Source: Oopsacas minuta (taxonomy: Eukaryota; Animalia; Porifera). From it: a stretch of DNA of 64,000 nt. Below the pieces are notes generated by a model. The model searched no databases and was not told the DNA's origin. It worked only from the letters and a program-made list of their open reading frames with translations. The position numbers and the translations under genes are program-made. Location of the stretch: positions 1 to 64,000 of the forward strand of contig JAKMXF010000322.1 in assembly GCA_024704765.1 (NCBI GenBank), written 5' to 3'. Position 1 is the first letter of the stretch, and the number at the start of each line of letters is the position of its first letter. Of this stretch, positions 1-11,585 are shown piece after piece.

Positions 1-1595
1 CCCCCCTTGAGCAAACCGAGGCTAGATAATCATGGCAAAGCCCATAGTCTAACATCTTAACATCTTCTTAGCCAGTTCTATATACTCTCATCCACCCACA
101 GCTTTATACAGATCCAAAAATAGTACAATCAAATCAAAATCCTTCACTGCTATCCATTTGAATCATTTGGTTACTTCTATAATACGCAGAAGACACTCCA
201 TAACCTAGCTTTGAATCAAAACGCATCAATCCTTCACTGCTATCCAGATTCTTCTACAATCACATCAAAATCCTTCACTGCTATCCACAAAGTCTACTCA
301 AATACACTGTTTCCCCCCCTTGAGCAAACCGAGGCTAGATAATCATGGCAAAGCCCATAGTCTAACATCTTAACATCTTCTTAGCCAGTTCTATATACTC
401 TCATCCACCCACAGCTTTATACAGATCCAAAAATAGTACAACTCAAATCAAAATCCTTCACTGCTATCCATTTGAATCATTTGGTTACTTCTATAATACG
501 CAGAAGACACTCCATAACCTAGCTTTGAATCAAAACGCATCAATCCTTCACTGCTATCCAGATTCTTCTACAATCACATCAAAATCCTTCACTGCTATCC
601 ACAAAGTCTACTCAAATACACTGTTTCCCCCCCTTGAGCAAACCGAGGCTAGATAATCATGGCAAAGCCCATAGTCTAACATCTTAACATCTTCTTAGCC
701 AGTTCTATATACTCTCATCCACCCACAGCTTTATACAGATCCAAAAATAGTACAATCAAATCAAAATCCTTCACTGCTATCCATTTGAATCATTTGGTTA
801 CTTCTATAATACGCAGAAGACACTCCATAACCTAGCTTTGAATCAAAACGCATCAATCCTTCACTGCTATCCAGATTCTTCTACAATCACATCAAAATCC
901 TTCACTGCTATCCACAAAGTCTACTCAAATACACTGTTTCCCCCCCTTGAGCAAACCGAGGCTAGATAATCATGGCAAAGCCCATAGTCTAACATCTTAA
1001 CATCTTCTTAGCCAGTTCTATATACTCTCATCCACCCACAGCTTTATACAGATCCAAAAATAGTACAATCAAATCAAAATCCTTCACTGCTATCCATTTG
1101 AATCATTTGGTTACTTCTATAATACGCAGAAGACACTCCATAACCTAGCTTTGAATCAAAACGCATCAATCCTTCACTGCTATCCAGATTCTTCTACAAT
1201 CACATCAAAATCCTTCACTGCTATCCACAAAGTCTACTCAAATACACTGTTTCCCCCCCTTGAGCAAACCGAGGCTAGATAATCATGGCAAAGCCCATAG
1301 TCTAACATCTTAACATCTTCTTAGCCAGTTCTATATACTCTCATCCACCCACAGCTTTATACAGATCCAAAAATAGTACAATCAAATCAAAATCCTTCAC
1401 TGCTATCCATTTGAATCATTTGGTTACTTCTATAATACGCAGAAGACACTCCATAACCTAGCTTTGAATCAAAACGCATCAATCCTTCACTGCTATCCAG
1501 ATTCTTCTACAATCACATCAAAATCCTTCACTGCTATCCACAAAGTCTACTCAAATACACTGTTTCCCCCCCTTGAGCAAACCGAGGCTAGATAA
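1..1595. repeat. 313-bp tandem satellite, about 5.1 near-identical copies, truncated by the window start
   Basis: Anchor GAGCAAACCGAGG recurs at 9, 322, 636, 949, 1262 and 1575 (periods 313/314/313/313/313; copy 2 has a 1-nt insertion). Each unit holds three copies of AATCCTTCACTGCTATCCA (138-156, 228-246, 269-287 in unit 1). No long ORF. Confidence 0.97.
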
Positions 1596-1757
1596 CATTG
1601 CTTATAAGGACTTGTTCGTATATAACAAATGCTGGCTATAAGAACTTGTTCGGCTATAAGATATGCTGGTTATAGGAACATGTTATTTTATAAGAAATGT
1701 TGCTTATAAGTATATGTTCTTGTATAACAAATGCTGCTTTTAAGAACATGTTCTTGT
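1596..1757. repeat. Degenerate 34-bp tandem array (5 units) with a GRACWTGTTC core
   Basis: Core decamers start at 1608, 1642, 1676, 1710 and 1744 (exact 34-bp spacing). Includes the perfect palindrome AAGAACATGTTCTT at 1742-1755. Confidence 0.8.
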
Positions 1758-1999
1758 CTAAGACGTTCTGGTTTTACGGCCATTATTTCCATTTCTCGAC
1801 GATGTTCTTATGACCTGCATTGACTGTACTACTTGTTAAATCTATTTGATGAGTCTTTTGTAGTATAACTATCCCACTACCCTATGCATTATAAGTTCCA
1901 TAATATTTCAAATATTCAAATTATAATTCTAAGCTTTTAACAATTTTCTGAATCGATTAACATTTCATTGTTTTTCCAGTCACTTCTCTAGCATTTCTA

Positions 2000-2705
2000 A
2001 TGTTTCTAGGTTCTGTTAGATAGGAATTTATAGTGATAAGGTCTGGGCTTATTGACGAATTGAGAGAATGCTGTCAGAAAATTGAGCAGAGGTGAGTGAA
2101 GAATTGAGAGAATGCTGTCAGAAAATTGAGCAGAGGTGAGTGAAGAATTGAGAGAATGCTGTCAGAAAATTGAGCAGAGGTGAGTGAAGAATTGAGAGAA
2201 TGCTGTCAGAAAATTGAGCAGAGGTGAGTGAAGAATTGAGAGAATGCTGTCAGAAAATTGAGCAGAGGTGAGTGAAGAATTGAGAGAATGCTGTCAGAAA
2301 ATTGAGCAGAGGTGAGTGAAGAATTGAGAGAATGCTGTCAGAAAATTGAGCAGAGGTGAGCGAAGAATTGAGAGAATGCTGTCAGAAAATTGAGCAGAGG
2401 TGAGTGAAGAATTGAGAGAATGCTGTCAGAAAATTGAGCAGAGGTGAGCGAAGAATTGAGAGTAAGATTGTAGCATTGTAATTGATAGAGAGTACATGAG
2501 CGTGGGGGAAGAAAGAAAGTGAAGAAATGAGATATCCTAAAGAGAAGTAGAAAGAACTATTTACATTAGAATATATTCCTCCTTTTCATACTCTTTCCAT
2601 TATTGCAGGTGTTGTAAGCGTTACAAATATTGTATGTGTTGGAAGCGTTACAAACATTGCAAGTGTTGCAAGCGTTACAAACATTGTAGGTGTTGCAGGT
2701 GGTAA
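2000..2705 (+). CDS. Candidate two-exon small Cys/Lys/Arg-rich protein (possibly a null allele or pseudogene)
   Basis: Exon A ends at AG|GTGAGT (about 2092) and reads ...IRSGLIDELRECCQKIEQ. A strong pyrimidine tract plus CAG acceptor lies at 2607-2608. Exon B continues in phase as RCCKRYKYCMCWKRYKHCKCCKRYKHCRCCRW* (stop 2703-2705). An in-frame ATG at 2000 is followed by an in-frame TAG at 2021-2023. Confidence 0.4.
2057..2462. repeat. 44-bp minisatellite, 9 full copies plus a partial copy
   Basis: Unit GAATTGAGAGAATGCTGTCAGAAAATTGAGCAGAGGTGAGTGAA starts at 2057, 2101, 2145 ... 2409, 2453. Units 7 and 9 carry a T>C variant. Confidence 0.97.
2602..2699 (+). repeat. 27-bp imperfect tandem repeat (about 3.5 copies) encoding a 9-aa CCKRYKHCx unit
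   Basis: AAGCGTTACAAA recurs at 2616, 2643 and 2670. Confidence 0.9.
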
Positions 2706-3355
2706 CTAAGGAAATATTACCGTTTATAAGAAACATGTTGTGACACCTGCAACTCACCAACAAGTATATATACGATCAGAATTGAACATTATAATTAACA
2801 TCTTCTCTTCTCTTCTTTTCTCTTCACTTGTTTTCCATTCCCTTCCTCTATTATTCTACATCTACTTAGCTTGAGACTGACTGAGTCAATTGCTGCATTT
2901 GATAGCGACCTTCAACTCTCATGATGGAGGGAAAGACACAGCCAATTTATTAAGCAGCCGCCCTGAGGGACTGCCACAAAGTTATTCATATATTTTACGC
3001 TATTATTTGTAGCACAAATTGTTGTAACATTCAGAAATAATTCAATAATACAATTACTTGTCATGTTTTCTTAGAATCATCTTACAATTCATGAACATTT
3101 CCTCATAATTTAGTCAAATTAGTAGTGCGTGAAGTCAGCATAGAAGCCATAGATAAGAAATATCCATGGTTTGTGTGATTATAGCACGCGTGTTGGCATT
3201 CAACAGTCCTCTGTTTACAAGTTATTAGCATTCAAATATACACATAGTTACGGCTACTGTAATTTTAAAATAGGGTATAGCTATTAACTCTAGCTTTACT
3301 CACTTATCAATTATATTTCCTTATTTTATTCCTATTATTTACAGATATATATATA

Positions 3356-4041
3356 ATGGGGAATGTATTCAAGAAGGTACGCACGGCCCTTGCAGGAATT
3401 TCCAACTCTCAATCTCGTATTGTAATGGTGGGACTTGACAACTCTGGCAAGACGACTATCCTTTATCGTATAAAACTCAAAGAGAAGGTTATTTTTAGTA
3501 TCATTCGTTATACAAGTGTGCGATTTATTATTTATACCTTACAGGTCGACACAGTACCTACTATTGGCTTCAACGTAGAGACGGTAACGCTCGTAAATAA
3601 TGTTTCCTTCCTAGTTTGGGATGTGACTGGACAGGAGAAGGTCCGTCCTTTATGGAAGCACTACACCTCAGGAGCTGACGGGATTATGTTTGCAGTAGAC
3701 AGTTGTGACAGGTTAGTTAATATTAATCTTATAAATTCAAATTATATATCTGTTATATTGATTGATACAGGTTGAGGTTTGAAGAGGCTAGACGGGAGCT
3801 AATATTCCTTCTCGAAGATCCTGAGTTGAGAGGCGTTCCGCTGATAATCCTAGCTAACAAGCAGGACTGCAAGGAGCGGGCTACTCCTGCAGAGGTAGGG
3901 GAGAGTTTAGGGGTCAATCGACTCAGTGACCGGGAGTGGCACATCCAAGGAACATCTGCTATGACGGGAGACGGCTTGCCGGACGCATTTCTGATGCTCT
4001 CCAAATTCGTGAAGAATTATCAAAAGACGAAAAAGCGATAG
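3356..4041 (+). CDS. Arf-like small GTPase, ARL4-like (3 exons; introns 3488-3544 and 3712-3770)
   Basis: MG N-terminus, GLDNSGKT P-loop, PTIGFNVE switch [14 protein letters not shown] and LANKQD. The WDVxGQEKxRPLWK motif resembles ARL4. Confidence 0.9.
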
Positions 4042-4170
4042 AGACGGATTATTTGTGTTATAAAGATAGACCTGTGAATATCTTAATTTTAATGTAACAT
4101 AACTGCACATAACAATTTGTTTGTAATTATTATATTTGTAACATATTCGCATTATACATTATAACTGTAT

Positions 4171-4734
4171 TCAGCGAGGAGGGTACGGCTCTCTCACACG
4201 ATTGTCTGTGAATACTTCAGGCTCCAGGGCAGGATCGTAGCCCCTCTCTACGTATAGATTGTTCCGTGGGTACTGCTTGGGAACTGCTACGTCACCAACT
4301 TTCTTGTCATACGCTACACACACGTAAGTGAATAGTCCCAGCACTCCTAAGAGAGTATACTAATAACATATGTATATGTACAAATACAGACACTACAGCA
4401 TACCTAGCATTGTCATTAGCTGCAGGACCTGCTGAGTATTGGTGTAACGAGGCGGAGGTCTATCGAATAGCCACATTGATAGCAAGTCATCCTCCTCGTG
4501 CAGAGGAGTGTTCAGGTTCCGACGACCTGCACTATCCATCCATCCGTGGGCTGGTCGGTCCTGATACGATATGAACGGGGGGTCAGGATAATCGTCTGGT
4601 ACTCCCATACGATCGGGTCGATCATCGAACTTTCCTTTAGGTATGCCTGTAAAGTCGGGGGATGTGTAGGGAGGACCATAACTGAGAGTCCGACTGAGCA
4701 GAAAACTGGATCGAACCAGTCTTAGCAAGCTCAT
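4171..4734 (-). CDS. NDUFB8: NADH:ubiquinone oxidoreductase subunit B8 (2 exons)
   Basis: Mitochondrial presequence-like N-terminus, DYPDPP and GRRNLNTPLHEEDD motifs. The second exon gives PKQYPRNNLYVERGYDP, matching the NDUFB8 C-terminal motif. Stop at 4171-4173. Confidence 0.9.
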
Positions 4735-4785
4735 ATTTAGCTAATAATAAATGAATAGAATTATTAGAATTCTAGGAAAAATCTA

Positions 4786-5867
4786 ATGAGTAAAGAAATC
4801 GGAAATCTGAAATACGTGAGTCTCGGGGTGCTGGTCCTACAGACTACCTCTCTAGTGTTACTCATGAGGGTGTCACGTAGAGTCCCAGAGGAGGATCTGT
4901 ACCTAGCCTCCACAGCTGTCGTGTTAGCAGAACTCATGAAGCTGGTCGCCTGTCTGCTAATGGTTTTCTTTGAGTCAGGAGACTTCAGAGTATTCTATGA
5001 AGTGTTACACTCACATATACTCTCTAAACCTGTCGATACTATCAAGGTAGCAGTACCTGCCTTCCTCTACACAATACAGAATAACCTCTTATACTTAGCT
5101 CTCTCTAATCTAGACGCTGCTACATACCAGGTAACCAGTATGGTAGTCATGTAATAACAGACTATTTACTGTAATTTTCCTAGGTTACATACCAACTCAA
5201 AATATTAACTACTGCTCTATTCTCTGTGCTGTTGCTAGGCAGGAAGCTAAATATGCTAAAATGGTTCTCTCTAACTCTCCTATTCGCAGGGGTAGCACTG
5301 GTACAACTGCCACAGGGAGAACCCTCGGAGGACGAACCTAGGATCGGACTGACTGCAGTGGTCGGCGTGGGGGCTGTTATCGCCGCTTGTCTGACCTCCG
5401 GGTTCTCAGGGGTCTACTTCGAGAAGATCCTCAAAGGCTCGGACGTATCTCTCTGGCTTAGGAATATTCAACTCGGATTCTTTGGTTTTCTATTTGCTCT
5501 GGCGGGTACTTACACGTACGACGGACGAGCAGTGCTGGAGACCGGCTTCTTCCACGGATATACGAATACCGTGTGGATAGTAGTTATCCTCCAGGCGTTT
5601 GGTGGGTTAGTGATAGCAGTTGTTATAAAGTATGCAGACAATATCCTGAAAGGATTCGCTACTTCCATCTCTATAGTACTGTCTTGTTTGTTATCATACT
5701 TCTTACTCGATGACTTTATACCTACAATATACTTCCTGATCGGAGCTGTGTTAGTCATGGTAGCAGTGTTCCTGTACTCCCTGCCTAACACGTCAGTACC
5801 ACCGCACAATCCTCACCCTGTATCTCAGACAGAGGGGACAGATAAACCCAGAATTCCGCCTACCTAA
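4786..5867 (+). CDS. SLC35A3: Nucleotide-sugar (UDP-GlcNAc/UDP-Gal) transporter, SLC35A family (2 exons)
   Basis: [50 protein letters not shown] and [15 protein letters not shown] motifs; multiple TM segments. Confidence 0.88.
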
Positions 5868-5975
5868 GCTTAAGTATTCCTGGATTAATTTTGTGGAAAT
5901 AGTTATGAGAATTGCTTATATTAATTAACAGGGAAATATTTGAATTTTCTATTAGGAAATTTATTATATTTCTAG

Positions 5976-7481
<1,506 letters not shown>

Positions 7482-7593
7482 CGTAATTAATTGTGGCATT
7501 AAATCTGTATTTTAACGATCTAGTGACGTCATAACTGTAACGTTTGAACAATTTTGTGTATAAATCGCATTTGCATTAGTTTAGTCTAATTAA

Positions 7594-10500
7594 ATGAAAG
7601 TTAAAGAAGTAACAAGATCTGCAAACATCAGCTGGTCTCCCCCCAGCTTACAGAGGTGTTATCTAGCAGCAGCTACCCTTGCTCAACAGCTGGATGATAC
7701 CTTCAGTACCAGCAGTCAGCTGGAGCTATTCTCTATGGATCCTAAGCTCTCCGGAACTCTGGATCTAGCTGTGAGTGGACGTGTACAGCTGACTCAGAAG
7801 ATGCACAGACTTATTTGGACATCATTCGGGAGTTCGGACGGAGCTGGCACGATTATCGGTGAGTTTATATCTAGTATAGCAGTTTGTAACTTTATTCGGG
7901 TACTGCAGGGAGTGGAGAGGAAGGACATATCTGGATGATGGACGCAGCTAGAATTCTCTCAGGACAAGGAGACCCTATCCAACACACAAGTACCTCTCAC
8001 TCAGGGGCTGTACGGACGCTAGACTTCTCTCCTATTCAGCCTAACATCCTAGCCTCAGGAGCTAGTGACTCTGAGATTTATATCTGGGACCTGAACTCTC
8101 CGGGCAAGCCTATGTCTCCTGGAGGACGTATACAACCGTTTGAAGAGGTAACTAGCCAGGCCTATTAGTAATTCTGACATAACTACATCTCTTATCGTTG
8201 CTAGGTAACGAGTGTAAGCTGGAATGTCAAAGTAGCTCCCATTCTTGGTTCCACATTCCCTTCCGGTCAATCCGTAGTCTGGGACCTCAGGAAGGACGGA
8301 CCTATCCTCAGAGTGTCGCAGCCTGGCACGAGGTTCCGCCCACGCGCCCTCGTCTGGCATCCAGAGATACCAACCCAGATGGCAGTAGGTTCGGAAGAGG
8401 ACACATATCCCATAATTCAGTTGTGGGACCTAAGAATGGCTAAGTCACCTCTGAGAGCATTTGATAGACACCAGATGGGTATCATGAGTCTAGCCTGGTG
8501 CAGACAGGATCCTGATCTATTGCTGTCATGTGGTAAAGATGATCAGATGTTCCTTTGGAACCCAAATAGTCCGCACACTGATGAAGGTTTGTATTCGTTG
8601 TAACTCATAAGCTGTATAACTCAATTAGTGAAATATTATAGGACATCTTGTACATACTCAGGAGTGGTGCTTTGACGCTCAGTGGTGTCCCAAACACCCC
8701 GGTCTCCTGGCTACATCCTCCTTCAACTCAAGAGTTAGTATATACTCCATTCTGGGAGGGGGACCTACTGAAGAAGAGGTACAGGCCAGACAGGCTGAGT
8801 TGTCCCTTCAGAAAACTGACTCTTCCGATCCGTTCGCCGGTTTATCACAAAATCAAACATTCTCACACGCATCCTACCCTCCCCCTAAACCGCCAAAATG
8901 GACTCACATATCTTGCAGGTAGGAATTCTATTGGTCAGTTCGTAATAGATGTGTTATTATTTGATTATTTCGCAGAGGTAATTTCGGTTTCGGCGGAAGA
9001 TTAGTGAGTTTTGTAAAGAACCAACAACCCGTTATCAGCCTAGTAACCACAGATACGAACTTCCTATCCAGGAATGTGAGTCTTGAGGGTGCCCTGAGAG
9101 AGAACAAGTGTCTAGAGTTTGCTCAAGAAAGAGTTTCCAAGGAAAAGGGACAAATCGATGAAATGCAGTGGCTATTTTTAGAAGCAGCCTTCCAGCAGAA
9201 TCCAAGACCTCGCTTCCTGGAGCTCCTGGGCTACACAAACAAAGATCTGAGGGATAAAGCTGACTATTTGATCCGTCCTCCACTGCTGTCACCGGGTGTA
9301 GACCCTAAAGAACTGTCTGAGAAGATGCAAGCTCTGCTCAGACAGAAGAGTCAGTCACCCTCCAGCAGGAGTTCCTCTACGCAGGTAATACACTATACAA
9401 TATAGTAATAAATAAATTCATTGAATGGTTGGTTAGGAAATACGAGCACCTCTGCCAGATTTTGGAGAAGGAGCGAGCTCTCTCTTCACTAACGGACAAA
9501 CAGATTTCTTCTCCGATCAGTTCGAACCAACAGTTCCCCCTCCTCCTCAGGGGTCTAATCAGGAACTAGCTAACCTTCTGTCTGAGCACACACAGGCCGG
9601 AGATAAACCGCTTGTCCAAGAGATACCCCTAGGAGAGATTACTCAACAGCTACAACAGTTCATGATACAGGCAGAGGACAGCTCCACAGAGGGTTTGATC
9701 ACGAGAGCAGTACTGCTAGCTGATTATGATACGGCGGTAGATCTCTGTCTCCAGCAGCAGAAATTATCAGAGGCCCTCATCCTAGCCACGGCAGGCGGTA
9801 AGGAATTGTACCGTCTGACGCTAGAGAAATTCTTTAGAAGATCCAGAGACCCATTCAGTCGGTTCCTGAGTCATGTCGTATGGAAGCAGTGGGGAGAAAT
9901 AGCCAATAGCTGTACCATAGCCTCCTGGAGAGAGGTCCTGGCTACCCTCATAACTTATGCACCACCTGAGGAGTTCTTCCAGCTGTGTGGACAACTTGGA
10001 GAGAGACTGACCCGGGAGGGAGGAGCTCCCGAGTACACACAGGCTGCTCTGCTCTGCTACATATGCTCCGGGGATCTGGAGAGACTGGCGCACTCTCTAC
10101 AGGTCACAGAGGGGGATGTTACTGACTCAGTAGTCCGTATCGTAGAGAAGGTTGTCCTACTCCGTCTCTCAATTGAGCAACAGTCTCGTCCTGAACAAAT
10201 CAGACCGGACACCCTCTTAGAGAGAGTCCTGCTGGATTACATACAAATGCTGACGTCACAGGGCCAGCTGGTATCAGCCCTACTCTTCTTGGAGAGATTA
10301 CAGCTGAAGTCTTCAGCTAGTCAGCTGATGGAGTACCGGATAAGAGAGTGTTTGGGCGCGCAACAGCAGCACGGACCACCATTCAAAGTAAGCAATATTA
10401 TAATAATGACGTCACTCTATAATATGTCCTGTAGATTATGAGTATAAATCCTGGGAGAATATCACAGTCTAGAGTACAGTCAGTACAGCCTCAGAGCTAT

Positions 10501-11491
10501 AGACCAGCTGTTAGAGGGTCACAGCAATCAGGTTTGTATTAATGCAAAATTCAAAAATATAATCAAATTAGATATTTATTATTTAGAATATCAGTATACT
10601 CTCACACCACAATCTGATGCTTCACAAATGCCCCAACAGGTTCCCCCTATAGAATCACAATTTCCCCAACAGGCTCCCCCAATTAAATATCAGTTTCCTC
10701 CTGTAGTCTCACCAATGCCCCCCGAGGTATCTAAATTGCCCCCTCAGGTACCTCCATTCACTACTCTTGGTTCGCAGCAGAATCCTTTGACTTCTAAACC
10801 TTTCCAATCAGTAGCTCCTACATTTTCACAGATTCCACCTCAACCAATCAATGCTCCTCCTCAGTCAGCTCAAAGATTCGTACCTCCTCCGACCAATCCT
10901 ACTCCTGGTTACAAACCTTCCCCCCTCCCTGCGTGGAATGATCCTCCGCCTCTTGGACATAGGCAGCCATCTCATGAATTTATACACCCTATCACATTCC
11001 CAGCCCCACCTGTCACTGCTCCAGAGGTGTCTAGACAGGCGGCCCCTGTCCCTCAGCCCGCTGTGCCCGTCATACTACCAGACCTCCCTCAGGAGGTAAG
11101 GCCGTTACTACAGGTCAGTTATAATCTATAATGATTATTTCTAACATTGTTCTTATTCTAAAAATAGAATAAGAACAATTCATGTAATTCTTAGGTGTTT
11201 GAGGATTTGCTCCTCCGGTGCAGACACGCTACCAGTAATCCTGGACAGAGACAGAAGCTGGTAGACATAGGAACTAAGGTCGATCAGCTCAGAGAATTAT
11301 TACGTTACGGCCGTCTAGACTCTACTATAGTAGGTAGCTTACAGCAGATAGCTATGTGTATACAGCAGAGACATTATGAGGCCTGTCTTCCTATACTAAA
11401 CTCTCTCATAGCTTCTGGTTCATTCTCAGAGCTAGGATTCCTTACAGGCGTTAAACCTCTCATAAACATTGCTAAACAATTACAAGTGTAG
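7594..11491 (+). CDS. SEC31: COPII outer coat protein Sec31 (multi-exon)
   Basis: MKVKEVTRSANISWSP start, AQQLDDTFSTSSQLELF, WD40 repeats (NILASGASDSEIYIWDL), ACE1 helical region, Pro-rich region (AWNDPP) and C-terminal helical domain. Confidence 0.95.
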
Positions 11492-11585
11492 TTATTGTGA
11501 ATTCCTTGCTAGAGATTAGTGATAATTACCCAAGAATGTATTCATTAATTGTTAATTATTCAATTCAGTTAAGATTAGAGAAATA

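Noticed and set aside
1-1595. CRISPR-like repeat-spacer look of the 19-mer boxes
   Set aside because: Spacers are themselves repeated identically every 313 bp, lengths are uneven, there are no cas genes and the context is eukaryotic.
2566-2763. Minus-strand 65-aa ORF (TCNxCN repeats)
   Set aside because: It is the antisense reading of the 27-bp repeat; the plus strand has the splice signals and the more coherent peptide.
1-3300. Telomere or chromosome end
   Set aside because: No (TTAGGG)n or other short telomeric array seen; subtelomeric status cannot be shown from this window.
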